DNA of 64,000 bases from Octopus vulgaris (GCA_951406725.2 OX597814.1:210118001-210182000); one strand, 5' to 3'. Shown: positions 1 to 14,916, numbered from the stretch's first letter. Program-made: numbers and translations. The notes: generated by a model from the letters alone, not told the origin.

Positions 1-883
1 TAGTAATTTTCGTTTTTATGAGCTTTTTTATATGTTTGTTCCTTTAGGTTGTCTTTAATGTAGGTATTGTCTTATTCTCTCTAAGCAATTTTACGTTGTA
101 AGGAAGCAAGACGGACTAAAGCACTGAAAATGTAATTCTCTCAAACAGTGGAAAAATATCAAACCTAAATTTCCAACACTTTTTGTTATTGAGATCTTAT
201 AACATGCGCAACCAGTTGTTAGAAGGCTTCTATTCGTACATCATAGTAGGAACGATTCTCAGGACAAGAACTAAGAGAACGCAAATACAAAACAAAAACA
301 TAAGTAACTTTTACAGCAATAATAAAATTAGGTAAAAAGGAAAAATATTATAGAAAATGACATAGATATAATAAAAATAAAATAAAATAAAAATATGCAA
401 TTTGATCATTTAAGATTAAGTGTTTGTATAAGTACAGAAAGAAGAAAACAAACTGTTGAGCACCTTGCACCTTTAATATATATAAAATACTAAAGCCTTT
501 TGGCTAGATATAAATACAAAATATTAACTGGAGTCATCTTAACTTATATAGCATAAGTGTGTGAACAGATGTCATTCTCTTAATCATTATTTCCAACCGT
601 TGATCGCAGAAACATTTTTCTTCGTTTTATTATATTTGTGTGTGTATATATGCGGGGTGGGTGTGTGTAGTTAGTGTCATCCTGGAATTTTTATGTCTAC
701 GAAAATTCAGTTTTGGGTACATCTGGTGTAAATATGAGAATAGTGATATGGTGGTTTCTTAAAGAGATGATATTGATTTTTAGATCAGATTAACTTGCAC
801 GCAACCTGACATTTCTAAAACATTTAACAAATCGGACTGTGTATTGCACTTTCGTAGCTGAATAGTTTCTCTCTCTCCCCCTC

Positions 884-1175
<292 letters not shown>

Positions 1176-1622
1176 TGTGTGTTAGATGTAATATATCGTG
1201 GTTTTCCTCTTAAATAGGTACAAAATACTGCCTGCATATACTTCCGTATCTTAAACAAATGAATCACGTACAGTAGCAATAACAGGTATCTCACTATATG
1301 AATACAGGGAAGAAAATACGTTCGAAGAGTATGGAAGCACTAAATAATTGGACAATGTATAAATGGGAATCAAAACACACTTTAAGAATTCTATAAAAAT
1401 AAAAGTTAGGAATAATTATATTTTGAAATAAAGCAAAGAAATCTGCGTTGTGTTTGTTACGTCGAAGCATGTCTTGTAGCTTCTGAGTATAGCATTCATT
1501 CAATTACATTGATTTTACAAATCAGTGCAAGAAATGTAACGAAAACTGACTGTTTATACGGCATTCTAGATAGATTTTATATTTTGTCGATATAAATATC
1601 TATATATCTATATATCTATATA

Positions 1623-1760
1623 GGCGCAGGAGTGGCTGTGTGGTAAGTAGCTTGCTAACAAACCACATGGTTCCGGGCAAGTGTCTTCTGCTATAGCCCC
1701 GGGCCGACCAATGCCTTGTGAGTGGATTTGGTAGACGGAAACTGAAAGAAGCTTGTCGTA

Positions 1761-1817
<57 letters not shown>

Positions 1818-2033
1818 ATGTGTCTGTGTTTGTCCCCCTAGCATTGCTTGACAACCGATGCTGGTATGCTTACGTCCCCGTCACTTAGCGGTTCGGCAAA
1901 AGAGACCGATAGAATAAGTACTGGGCTTACAAAGAATATGTCCCGGGGTCGATTTGCTCGGCTAAAGGCGGTGCTCCAGCATGGCCGCAGCCAAATGACT
2001 GAAACAAATAAAAGAGTAAAAAGAGAAAAGAGT
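1623..2033 (+). mobile_element. SINE family A (tRNA-like head, internal (TA)n(TG)n, AAAAGAGT-like tail); B-box region deleted
   Basis: ggcgcaggagtggctgtgtggtaag head and gctccagcatggccgcag..aaatgactgaaacaa tail shared with several other copies in the window. Confidence 0.9.
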
Positions 2034-2559
2034 ATCTCTTTATCAACGTATATATGTATGTATGTATCTATCTGTCTGTCTGTCTGTCTGTATGTATGTA
2101 TACATACATATATATATATAATTTCAAAATAAGATGATTAAAATCAAAATAAGCAACAAGGGTATCCAGAGGTAATGCAATACGATCGTTTCAAGTAACA
2201 CCATTTAAGTGAACAATGCAATCATTACATCAATTTAGATGCTGAGCAACCCTTAGCTGCATAAAGACATAGAATTTAATTAAATTAAAACATATGGTTT
2301 TAAATCCCCAAGAAGATAAGGAGATTGATAAAGAACATGCTGCCTTCACTTCAGCTTAGTAGCTACTAAGGTATCAGGAAGAAAGACTTGTTACAGATTT
2401 TGCTTGCCACTGTTTCATTGGGTCAATTTTAATTTATAAACTAGTTTATCAAATCTTTGCATATCTAAGGCCAAAAGAGCAGGGAGCAATGCCTGTTGGG
2501 AAGTGGATTGAGGGAGCCGACAGAAATCATAGTGCTTTTAGTCATAAAAGCTATCAAGA

Positions 2560-2740
2560 TTTATGTGCTGTGTTCTTGAGTAAGGCATTTTATTTTACGT
2601 TGCTTCAGTTCACTCAGCTGTAGAAATGAGTTGCGACGTCACGGGTGTCAAGATGTATCGGCAGTTGCTTTTCGTTGGATAACACTGGTGGCGTGAGGAG
2701 TGGTGTTCCATAACAACCTTGCCCGGACATGTGTCTGGAT
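2560..2740 (+). mobile_element. SINE family D, diverged partial copy
   Basis: tgtgttcttgagtaaggcatttta...cactcagctgtagaaatgagttgcgacgtcac...ggataacactggtggcgtg matches the element at 58746-59087. Confidence 0.75.
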
Positions 2741-3432
2741 GTCAAGAAAGTATTGGTAGCGTATTATAACCAGTATAAAAGCATATAACAGTTTGGCTAA
2801 TAGAGGTGATGCAAGTTATACAGTATATAGGTGTGCGTGTGTGTGCGAATGTGTGTGCGTGTGTGTTTGTGCATGTGTGTATGCCTGTATGTGTGTGCGA
2901 GCATGTAATATACGTCATTGTTTTGTCAGTTATTCCAACATAGGTACGAAGAAAATGTTCAGCATATTTGCTATTCTACAATATTGTTCGATGTTTATTT
3001 ACACTTAAAGAACTGTGCAATTGAGGGGTTAACATTTCAAGACGTGGACGAATATATGTCTCGATAAGCAATTTTGTAGAAAAAAACCTTAGGTTACTTT
3101 AGAGCAGGAGATGTATAACAGAGTGAATCCCTGTTAGTACACATATATTCTGAAGAGAACCTAAAGTATTCTTGAATTTTGGACATACATAAAGGTGTGT
3201 GTTTATATACTTTCTATTCACTAGCATATAAGTAAGGATACGGCATAAGTTAATAGAGAAAATATTGAACGTTGAATGCTTGTACGAAAGCGTAACCATA
3301 GATACTCATAAATGCACTAGATCGAACACGCTGAGACTGATAAACACATAAACACACGCATACACATTTATACACATAAATAAAATACGTAAATCTATGT
3401 TGTTATGTATATATATATATACGTATATACGC

Positions 3433-3466
<34 letters not shown>

Positions 3467-3496
3467 GCATAGGTATGCATGTACGTATGTATTTGC

Positions 3497-3543
<47 letters not shown>

Positions 3544-3844
3544 CATACACACGAACACGTATGTACATACTTTCATACATACATATATGGGTGTGTGTTC
3601 CAAGATAGATAGATAGTATATGACACGCATTATTCTTTTAGGTGTATACGTCCATTTGTGCATAGCTAATGTCTCGCTGAAACTTGCATATTTATTGAAT
3701 TCGGCAAAGGGAAATTTCTGAGAGATTTTTGGTTGAAAGTGGTGAAAAAAAATCTCAAATATATTACAAAACAAAATACAATACTAAGATATTATTTGCG
3801 AATGCGCAAATGTCGAAAACAATGTGGGTATGTGTGTATGTATG

Positions 3845-3901
<57 letters not shown>

Positions 3902-3921
3902 GCATGTATGAATGTATATAC

Positions 3922-3954
<33 letters not shown>

Positions 3955-4055
3955 AATATATATATATGTATATTGTCAAAAACAATGTGCGTATGTGTGT
4001 ATGTATGTATGCATGTATATATATATATGTATGCATGTATGAATGTATATACATG

Positions 4056-4118
<63 letters not shown>

Positions 4119-4168
4119 AGACATACATATACACACATATACATACATACTTATACACACAGGCAGAC

Positions 4169-4257
<89 letters not shown>
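4169..4257. repeat. (GATA)n microsatellite
   Basis: Seen directly. Confidence 0.99.
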
Positions 4258-4433
4258 CAGACACATAGATGTTTAATAAAAAAAGCTTAAATGCAATAAC
4301 GGAATGCGCAGAAAGAATTTTATAAAAAAATAATGACAGCTATAGAAAGGCTGAGCATGGGTTAAGCAAAGGAAGTTCCTGTGTGTGTGATTGAAGGAAT
4401 ATGTTTTACATGTCTTTGTGTGTGCGCGTGAGT

Positions 4434-4474
<41 letters not shown>

Positions 4475-4649
4475 CATACACACATATATGTACATATTTA
4501 TATGTATATACATAAAATATATGAATATATATATATGCAATATTATATGTGTGTGTGTTATATATATATATATATACATATTATATATTTGTATATATAT
4601 ATTGTTTTACTTCTTTCAGTCATTTGACTGCGGCCATGCTGGAACACAA

Positions 4650-4693
<44 letters not shown>

Positions 4694-4704
4694 CATTATA
4701 GTTT

Positions 4705-4745
<41 letters not shown>

Positions 4746-5836
4746 ACTAGGTATATACTTATATATATATGTATGTATGTATTTATGTATATTTTATGCA
4801 CCTATCATACATACATTGTATATGTAACATATTTTATACTTAGGTATTTATGATACGCACATACAAATTCGTGCATGTGTGTGAGTGTGTGCGCACAAAT
4901 ATATATCTGTATGTATATATTTGTGTGTATATACCTGTAAGTCTACATGTGTTTGTATGTATGCAAAGAAACGACAGAGAAGTAGAAAAGAGTTAGGAAG
5001 GAAAATATCGAGGTGGAGAGAGTGGGGAGACCATGCGTAAGGTAGAGAGAGAGAGACGAAAAATGCGTTGGGTGTGTATGGCTCGCACCGACGTTCGGAG
5101 TCGTGAGCAGGCGATGAATATTAATAAATATAATAGTATCTTGTAAGAAAAGATGTCCAATTCCTCCGAGATCGAATGATGCCATAAATATTTTATACTT
5201 TGAAGCGTATTTAGGCTAGAAAAAGCGCAAGAGATTGACAAGTCATGTGGAATATAGAAAAATATTCAATTGTGAACTTGAGGGAAGGAGGAGAAGAAGG
5301 AAACTAAGTTTGCTGTGACCCAGATTTTATAGTTGACATCTTCCATGTCCATTTTGTGCCGTATATCACAGAGTTATCACAATTTATTTCCTCTACCGTT
5401 TTTTGCTTTTTTTTTACGCTTACTACTTATTATATATATTTTCGTTTTCTTTAAAACACTTTGAAGTTCTTTTTCGTGGGTTATATGAATGTTATTTTTT
5501 TTTCTTTGTAACTGTATTTTTTTTTTCTTTTTCATATTTCACAAAGGTTTATCACCTCATTTTACGCTGTCAAAATACTTCTTACATTTTTTGCTGTTTC
5601 AACGCATTAATTTCATAATTTTACGTTGTCATTATAGTGGCACCTTTAGGGTATGTTCACATACACAGATTCGAACATATACATGTATATATACATACAT
5701 ATATATACATATATATATTCTACGAAATAAAAACAAAATCGATAATGTGATATAATATCTACATACATATATTTCTCGCTTTTTTCTGTGAGCATAAGTG
5801 TATGTGTGTCTATAGATATACATACATATATACTTA

Positions 5837-6222
5837 AACTAGCAGTATCGCCCGGCGTTGCTCAGGTTTGTAAGGGAAATAACTATAAAGCATTTTTAGA
5901 GAGTTATAGCCAAAAAATAGCAAAAAAATGGAAAAAAAATGATGGTAAATTTTTTTTGAGAGTTAAAAAAGTTAGAGTTGCGTCCCCTAGACGGTCTGTG
6001 GTTTGGGTTTCTAATTCTCGACCCCATGTCGAATTTATCGATTTTTTTCAGAACTGGGGGAACTTTTCAAAATTTTCGCTGCGTTAGTTTTGAATTATGA
6101 CATTGGGCTATGTGTGTGTCAAGTTTCATCAGAATCGGTTGAAAGCCGTGGTCAGAGTGAGGGTACGAGAAAACAGACACACAGAAACACGCACAGACAA
6201 ACTGCCGTTTATATAGAGAGAG
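5837..6222 (+). mobile_element. Non-autonomous Helitron/Helentron-like element (HINE/MINE-like)
   Basis: Starts aactagcagtatcgcccggcgttgctc, contains aagtttcatcagaatcggttga, and ends with acagacac-type repeats and tttatatag. Architecture recalled for rolling-circle non-autonomous elements; no search run. Confidence 0.55.
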
Positions 6223-6226
6223 ATAC

Positions 6227-6291
<65 letters not shown>

Positions 6292-6461
6292 TATATGTAT
6301 AAATGCATGAATATATGTGTAAGTAATTTATCAATACTCATATATATACTTAAATGTGTACATGTCACCGAGTGATTGAATGTAATGCATACGTGAGCTG
6401 CAAGCTATACACATGCACGCACACTCACATGCACACACGTTCACATACACGCACACGCATG

Positions 6462-6521
<60 letters not shown>

Positions 6522-7052
6522 AGTAAGTATATATCTGTGTATTTTAACATGGATGTTAGCGGTAGTAGAATATTTTTGACTGCCTGTGCTGTGATTTTGG
6601 CGCGGAGATTGATGGATGGCATATATGGAAGTAAATCGTTTTATTAAAGCGTTCCTCTAGACTTTTATGTGTGTCGGAGGAGAGTTACGATTATAAACTT
6701 CTTATTAGAGAAGTGCTTTGATTTATGTCATCATTCACATAGGAAGAGAAATAAAGTAATGCAGAATGTGAGGCACACATCTGTATATATACGCATACAT
6801 CTATATTGAAGTACATGTATGTATAATATGTGTTTGTGTATGCATTAATGCTAGGATATATATGGATGAATAAATATGGTAATATATATATATATACGTT
6901 GTGCATATATCAGATATGTGTGATTCTATACTCAGTATATGTATATACATACGGTGTATATATATATATATATATATGTGTGTGTATCTATGTATGTATT
7001 TGTGTATATACTTATATTTATACATACACATATACCTATACATATATGTATG

Positions 7053-7102
<50 letters not shown>

Positions 7103-7250
7103 TACATACATACATGCATACATACAAATATATATATATATACATATACATACATATATACATACATACATACATACATAATACATACATAATACATACA
7201 TAATACATACATACATTTATATATATATGTATATATATATATATATATAT

Positions 7251-7295
<45 letters not shown>

Positions 7296-7589
7296 TGTGT
7301 GTGTGTATGTATGTATTTATGTAAGTATATATTGTAATATGAGAAATCAGGATAAACACATATATATAATTTGTTTCTACGCACGTTTCACAACTTTAAA
7401 TGTTTGGAAGTCTGCATTGCATATTCCAAGAGCAAATGGACGCTTAACCACAACGGATCATTATGGAACGTTTTATTACCTCATGTTAGAGGTAGCTAAT
7501 ATATATTCTATTTTATATATACACATACACAGTCACGCGCATACACAAACACATGCGCGCTTAGACACACATACTAAGCTATATATATT

Positions 7590-7826
7590 TTTTTTTTTTT
7601 TTTTTTTTTTTACTTGTTTAAGTAATTTGACGGCGGCCATGCTGGAGCACCGCCTTTAGAGTGGTGAAAGAGTACAGCAGGGATCACCACCTCCTGCCGG
7701 AGCCTCGTGGAGCTTTTAGGTGTTTTTTCGCTCAATAAACACACACAACGCCCGGTCTGGGAATCGAAACCGCGATCCTCCGACCGCAAGTCCGCTGCCC
7801 TAACCACTAGGCCATTGCGCCTCCAC
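7590..7826 (-). mobile_element. SINE family B head joined to a family A-type tail and poly(A)
   Basis: Minus: gtggaggcgcaatggcctagtggttaggg...ggtttcgattccc (A and B boxes)...ctctaaaggcggtgctccagcatggccg...aaacaagt(A)n. Confidence 0.85.
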
Positions 7827-8065
7827 ATATAATCATAACTATGATGGACTCTATTTTAGAGTTTGAGGTATAAGCGTCTAGTTGTTCTATCAGTTGGAGT
7901 CACTACTAATTTCATTTGCGCGCGAAATAGTTCAGTAGGTATTTCTAAAGATACGGGTAGATTTAAATTTACTCTTAGGTACATTGAGCATGACGTAGAT
8001 GTACCAATTGGGTGGAGGCTTTTAAATTACATGTACACGTGATGGGTTTCTAAACCATTTCGGTT

Positions 8066-8501
8066 TACTCTTTTTTTTGACTGTGGCCATGCTGTGGCCA
8101 TGCTGGAGCAACGCTTTCAGTCAAGCAAATCGACCCCGCAACTTATTCTTTGTAAGCCTAGTACTTATTCTATCGCTAAGTTACGGGGACGAAAACACAC
8201 CAGCATCGGTTATCAAGCGATGTTGGGAGACAAACACAGACCCAGAAACACACACACACTCACGCACACACACACAAACATACACACACACACAAACATA
8301 CACACACACACACACACACACACATACACACACACATATATATACGACAGGCTTAATTCATTTCCCGTCTAACAAATCCACTTATAAGGCTTTGGTGGGC
8401 CCGAGGCTATAATAGAAGACACTTGCCCAAGGAGTCACGCAGTGGTACTGAACCCGGAATCATGTGATTGGTAAGCAAGCTACTTACCACACAACCACTC
8501 C
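8066..8501 (-). mobile_element. SINE family A
   Basis: Reverse-complement match to other family A copies, with internal (CA)n. Confidence 0.85.
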
Positions 8502-8930
8502 TTCATATTTACTTATAAAATTTGTGTGGATCCGAATCTCCGAAGAAGACAATTATCTATGTTACAATATACTTTTATTGAAAATATGTGAAGCGATCTT
8601 TTTAAGCGAGACATTCTATTCCACCCCATAAACACACCACCACACACAAACAAATAAACAAACATACATAATCACACACACACACACATACATGTGCGAA
8701 TAGAGGTGATAGTTAAACCAGCAGCCATTGCCTCTGTGTGGACTGGTGATTGTAAGTGTAGGGATTTAGAGACTTTACTTCACCTTTGAGATGGGTCGAG
8801 GTAACAGCCGACCAGGTAAATAGTTACGAAAACTGAAACATGTATCACAGTTTGAATAAAGGAGAACCCGTTTATGCATGTTGTTTTCTCATACGTAGAC
8901 ACACACACATCTATATATACACATACATAT

Positions 8931-8975
<45 letters not shown>

Positions 8976-9062
8976 TATTAGAGACAAAACCACTATTTTG
9001 CAAAACAAACAAGGAAAGACTTAATCAATACATAAAATTTTAATAAATAGTCAAAAAAACCG

Positions 9063-9105
9063 CCACTACAATTGTTTCTTGTCTTGATCGACAATCTTCA
9101 GGTGG
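9063..9105 (-). ncRNA. Minimal type I hammerhead ribozyme motif, intact core
   Basis: Minus strand: ccac-CUGAAGA-uuguc gaucaa gacaa-GAAAC-aauu-GUA-gugg. Stem I ccac/gugg, 5-bp stem II, palindromic stem III (ACAAUUGU), GUA cleavage triplet. Confidence 0.85.
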
Positions 9106-10139
9106 ACTTCCAATAAGTCAGTTTCATATATATATATATATATGTATGTATGTATGTATGTATTTATGTATGTATGTATGTATGTGTACATGTCTGTGTG
9201 CCTGTGTGTATGATATTTGTCCTGTACTCTATTTTTTCGTTTTTTAAGAAAATTGTCCAGTTCCTTGGGTTTGTGTTTATGTTTTCGTTTCTCATTGTGT
9301 TCTACGTTTTTTTTGGTGTCCTGTACCCATATATGCATGTATATATACATGTAGAGGTAGGTACGTACGTATATGTATGTATATATGCATATGTTTTATT
9401 TTAATTATTAATTTATTATATATATATATATATATATACGCGCGCTTACATACACATATTGTATATGCATATATAAAGGGGGGAGAGAGAGAAAGAGAGA
9501 GTAGGAGATTGAGAAAATATTTGTAAATGAATGCTTCTAAGCGCTTATAAGTATTTGAATCACTTTTTGTCGAAAAATGAAACTTTTGACTCAGCCTTCT
9601 GTTTTTATGTTTGTCTGTTTAGTGCATTTCAGTTTGAATATATCATTTTATCGCGGAGATTTCTTTATCAATGCTAGGTTGTTTGTGTGCAAATATATAT
9701 ACATGTGTATGTGTGTGTGTGTGTGCGTGTGTGTGTGTGTGTGTATTTGGATTTGACAGGAGCAATTAAGGTAGGAGCATATCAGAATGGAGCTTCATTA
9801 ATGGCTATACAGTTGATCATAAATCAACAGGTAAGCAATCCAGGATGTGTATTGGCCCTTGGTAATTTGCAACTGCAATACTATCCAGAGTAAAAGCAAC
9901 CGAATGGATTACGTATATACTATACCTATAACAGGAACATTCGCAGTTATAGTTAATCTATTTCCTTGGGCGACAACTGGTTCTGTTATGCGTTTACTAT
10001 TAATTTCGATAGCTTTAGTCCATATCTCCGGAATTACCATTTAAAAGCAATAATACTAAGTTCCCAGTACTACAATTAGTATAATTTTATATCTCTATTC
10101 ACAAGAAACTATGGCATTACAACCAGCCAGGAACAGTCT

Positions 10140-10325
10140 TCGCTACATTTGCGGTACCTGACAGAGGGAGTGTTTGTCCAGGATAGGACTACACAGCCAC
10201 AGCAGGAAATGTATCAGGACATGAAATGTAAAAGCCGGACTAGACGACTTTATGCGCAACTCCATTGTCTCCCGAGACAAAAAGGATGCCAACAATATCT
10301 CTATTCACTGGGTACATATTATGCT
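10140..10325 (+). mobile_element. Penelope-like element relic (GIY-YIG endonuclease fragment)
   Basis: LTEGVFVQ..TTQPQQEMY... followed in another frame by ..RDKKDANN.S; resembles the PLE CLTxxVVYQAxVxxxxxxETYIG...FRxxKxxNxTxLS region. A weak hammerhead-like remnant (ctgataa...gaaa) follows at about 10520-10560. Confidence 0.5.
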
Positions 10326-10565
10326 AATAACTTCTTACCTGTGCCTAATATGCACTTTGTTTGGTTTTGCCCAAACCAATCTCACTCTCTCTCCCTTTAA
10401 TTGCTGTTGCTTGTGCTATTGTCACTTTAGGTATTTCTAACAAGTTATATTTCCATTCTATTTCCTAACTTCTTGTTTCTTTCCTTTATATTTTCTCTCT
10501 TTCTCTCCCTCTCCCCGCTTTCTGATAAATGTCTACGGTGCTTTTAGAAATCTCTACTGAGAAAC

Positions 10566-10777
10566 TTTTACTATACTCTTTTACTCTTTTACTTGTTTCA
10601 GTCATTTGACTGCGGTCATGCCGGAGCACCGCCTTTTAGTCGACCAAATCGACCCCGGGACTTATTCTTTGTAAGCCTAGTACTTATTTTATCGGTCTAT
10701 TTTGCCGAACCGCTAAGTGATGGGGACGTAAACACACCAGCATCGGTTGTCAAGCAATGCTAGGGGGACAAACACAG

Positions 10778-10848
<71 letters not shown>

Positions 10849-11008
10849 TACGACAGGCTTCTTTCAGTTTCCGTCTACCAAATCCACTCACAAGGCATTG
10901 GTCGGCCCGGGGCTATAGCAGAAGACACTTGCCCAAGATGCCACGGAGTGGGACTGAACCCGGAACCATGTGGTTGGTTAGCAAGCTACTTACCACATAG
11001 CCACTCCT
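10566..11008 (-). mobile_element. SINE family A
   Basis: Near-identical to the copy at 16438-16863. Confidence 0.9.
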
Positions 11009-11629
11009 TACCACACAGTCACTATATAATATTTTTAACTAACACTTATGTATTCTCTTTGGCAATGTTCTATTATCCTGGCAATGTTCTATTAAATTGG
11101 ATAGATGGTCTATTTACTGTCCGTCGCTTGCCTCAAATGACTAACTAATAAAAGTCGGCGCCACTGAATATAGTTCACATTCGCTCACTCTACAGGGTAT
11201 CGCACGATCATTGAAAGTTTGAGATAGGAATTGCTGCTGATATACCCTCTATTCTTTGTATTTGTTTTTATTATTCTGATAATTAATTTTTGGTCAGCAA
11301 TTCTTTATACGTTTGGCCACTCCCTTTTCGACAGCCTACTTTCCCTGCAAAACAAAATGAACAACATGCGCTTCTGACTATCCTATTAGATTCACGCTTC
11401 CTTCATTTCTAGATTGTTGGTTTTTTTGATTTGATCACCACAAGCCGTTGGGCTGCTCTGTTCAGTGATACGTCAATATTTGCTGTTATGAAACACGTAC
11501 AACCTCAAAATTTGAAAGGTTCTCTGCAGTGTGTTCCCTGTCATTTGATGTGGTTAGCCAGAACCTGGATCATATCAGAGTATTAATAAGCTACCTGTCC
11601 AGATTCAAAATCTCTATTCCTTATGGTAT

Positions 11630-11630
<1 letters not shown>

Positions 11631-11669
<39 letters not shown>

Positions 11670-11818
11670 GCATCATCATCATCATCGTTTAACGTCCGCT
11701 TCGCATGCTAGCATGGGTTGGACGATTTGACTGAGGTCTGGCAAACCAGATGGCTGCACCAGACTCCAATCTGATCTGGCAGAGTTTCTACGGCTGGATG
11801 TCTTTCCTAACGCCAACC
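11631..11818 (-). mobile_element. 3' end of an RTE-type SINE/LINE with (TGA)n tail
   Basis: (tca)n followed by gtttaacgtccgct...ttctacggctggatgtctttcctaacgccaacc. Confidence 0.6.
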
Positions 11819-13633
11819 GAGTACGATATATAATATATTTTAATGCGCGGACACCCAAACTCTTTTATGGACCTCAGGGGTCATATGGACCTATGTTGAG
11901 GATAACTGATCTAAAGGGAATTTAATGAAGAAAATTCTGTAATAAACAATTCTTCTTTATGATGCCTTGATTATGTATTCTGCATGCGGTATAAAGTTCA
12001 AGGGAGCGAACTTAGGATTATCTATCAAGTGAAGTACTGTGTAATTGTTTATCGTAGACAATTCAATGTGTTCCCTATCATTCGATGTCGTTAGCCAGAA
12101 CCTGGATCATATCAGAGTATTAATAAACTACCTGTCCGGATTCCAAGTCTCTATTCCTTACGTTATATATATATATATATATATATATATACTATCCAAG
12201 CTACGCATTCATACGTCCTTACAACGCATGAGTACGATATTTGGCACGTCATGCTGTTAGAAGTGTGCGCACCCGTGAACTAATAATATTATTTAATGCA
12301 AACTACTGTTAAAAAAAAAAAAGTGGAAAAGTGTCTTTTTGTTTGGGAATATATCTTTGTTGATGAAGCATTATTGTAGAACTTTACAATTATCGTTCGC
12401 TTGTTATGGAATAATAGCCATAAAATGTCTCTCAACGTTACGTAACCAAACTTGACTTTCAAAATGAATGTAAATTTAATAGAAAGCGAAAACCGAAGAG
12501 GAAAACAACATGAAAATTAAGAAATTGAAAAAAGTGGATCCCATGCAAAGATCTAGAAAGCTAAAGAATGACAAATAAGGTAAACAAAACTAATGACACC
12601 TAGCCAATTTTAAGAGTGTATCTTCCATCTATCTACTGGAGTGATTGCTAACTCATTTTAAATACATGTCTGCTACCAAGAAAATGGAAGTTTAGAAACA
12701 TTTTAGTAACCTCACTCAAGAAATAATGATAGTATTTAGCAAAAGAATATAGCGAAAACGTGGCTAAAATTCTAATCGTATAATTTTTCACTATACAATT
12801 TTACAAGAATTCCATCAAATTTCGTCATGTAGACAGGCATTATAAATTAAATTGTATTCTTAAGTTTTCTTGCTTTAAATATGAATGCTAATTTTTCTCG
12901 TGATTAAAGTTATCTTTCTAATTTACTTTTACAATTCTATAGCCATTGGTATATACAACTGATGCAACATAAACAAAACAGCACTATACTAAATATTAAC
13001 AATAGTATTATTATGTTCACCATGTCTAACCAAATATTTAATAACATTAATAGTATTATATCTATTTTCACTCATTGATACTGTCGTCGTACTAGCGTAG
13101 CTTTACGATCTAATGTTTGCATTGTTGGGTAAGATTTCAATTTGGTGGAGTTGAGAGACAAAATGATTCCACTATGTAATTAAGGTTAATTACTTTGAAT
13201 GATAATTGTAACGAAAAGTAGAATAATAAGAAATATACACTTGACAATCTACGTTCAAGCAAACAGTCAGTCTTCCAAAAAAACCACAACTTGAGAGCAT
13301 AAAGATAAATCAAGACAATATTTGCTTCTCTATACGGTCAACAAGTGTACAGGAAATAGCTGCTAGATATCCTCCAAACCTATCACTATTACGATAAGAC
13401 GATGTACTAGCTAGCGAAATCTACCGTACATTATATCTGATGGAATAGTGATGGCGGGAAAATCTTTGATAATACATTGGCTCGAAGAGAACTAATTTCT
13501 ATCTAGGGAAAATAATGAAATAAAAACTATTTTAAAGGAAATAGAAGGTGAGAGTTTGACAGAAGCAGAAACAGTTAATAGTTCAGAAGAAAGAGAGTGA
13601 GAATGATAAAGAGCAGTCTGAATTAATCTGAAT

Positions 13634-14021
13634 TACTCTTTACTCTCTTTTACTTGTTTCAGTCATTTGACTGCGGCCATGCTGGAGCACCGCCTTTAGT
13701 CGAGCAAATCAACCCCGGGACTTATTCTTTGGAAGCCCAGTACTTATTCTATCGGTCTATTTTTGCCGAACCGCTAAGTGACGGGGACGTAAACACACCA
13801 GGTTGTCAAGCAATGGTAGGGGCACAAACACACATACGCATACATATATATATACATATATACGACAGGCTTCTTTCAGTTTCTGTCTACCAAATCCACT
13901 CACAAGGCATTGGTCGGCCCGGTGCTATAGCAGAAGACACTTGCCCAAGATGTCACGCAGTGGGACTGAACCCGGAACCATGTGGTTGGTTAGCAAGCTA
14001 CTTACCACACAGCCACTCCTG
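13634..14021 (-). mobile_element. SINE family A
   Basis: Same head, body and tail; short internal microsatellite. Confidence 0.9.
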
Positions 14022-14516
14022 CTAAAAATATAGAAAGTCAGTATATAATATAAGGTGCTAGTAATAGAGACTAATATTGAATATAATATTCTTCCAAATA
14101 TAGACTCAAGGCATGAAATTTTGAGGGAGGGATTCTAACTGATTACATCGACGGTAGTGCTCAGCTGGTATTTATTTTCTCGGCGTTGCGAGGATGAAAG
14201 CTGAGGTCGCACTAAGCGAAATTTGCACTCAGGATGTAAGGAGGGACGAAATGCCGTTGGTATTTTATCTGATATGCCAATGATTCTGACAGTTAAACTT
14301 TGAATAGAATATTAGTTCCAAATTTTGGCAGAAGGCCAGAAATTTCGGTTGCGCTGTTAAATCTATTACATCAGTCCTAGTGTTATAAAATGAATAGCAA
14401 AGTTGACCTTGGTAGAATTTTTACTCAGGACGTGAAGACAAACGAAATGCCGCTAAATGATATTTCATTAAAACCTATATATTCTAAAATTTATTCTGAA
14501 ACTCAGAGTAAATTTC

Positions 14517-14916
14517 AGGAGTGGCTGTGTGGTAAGTAGCTTGTTTACCAACCATATAGTTTCGGGTTCAGTCCCACTGCGTGGCACCTTGGGCAAGTAT
14601 ATTCTACTATAGCCTCGGGACGACCAAAGCCTTGTGAGTGGATTTGGTAGACGGAAACTGAAAGAAGCCCGTCGTATATATGTATATATATGTATATGCG
14701 TGTGTGTGTTTGTCCCCACCCCCAACATCGCTTGACAACCGATGCTGGTGTGTTTATGTCCCCGTTACTTAGCGGTTCGGCAAAAGAGACCGATAGAATA
14801 AGTACTGGGCTTACAAAAGAATAAGTCCCGGGGTCGAGTTGCTCGATTAAAGGCGGTGCTCCAGCATGGCCTCAGTCAAATGACTGAAACAAGTAAAAGA
14901 GTAAGGAGTTAAGAGT
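14517..14916 (+). mobile_element. SINE family A
   Basis: caggagtggctgtgtggtaagtagc...gggttcagtccc (A/B-box-like)...tgactgaaacaagtaaaagagt. Confidence 0.9.

Noticed and set aside
7760-7826. tRNA-like sequences (also at 30380, 41164, 45161, 59020)
   Set aside because: SINE heads that run into repeat bodies, without a complete acceptor stem; not tRNA genes.
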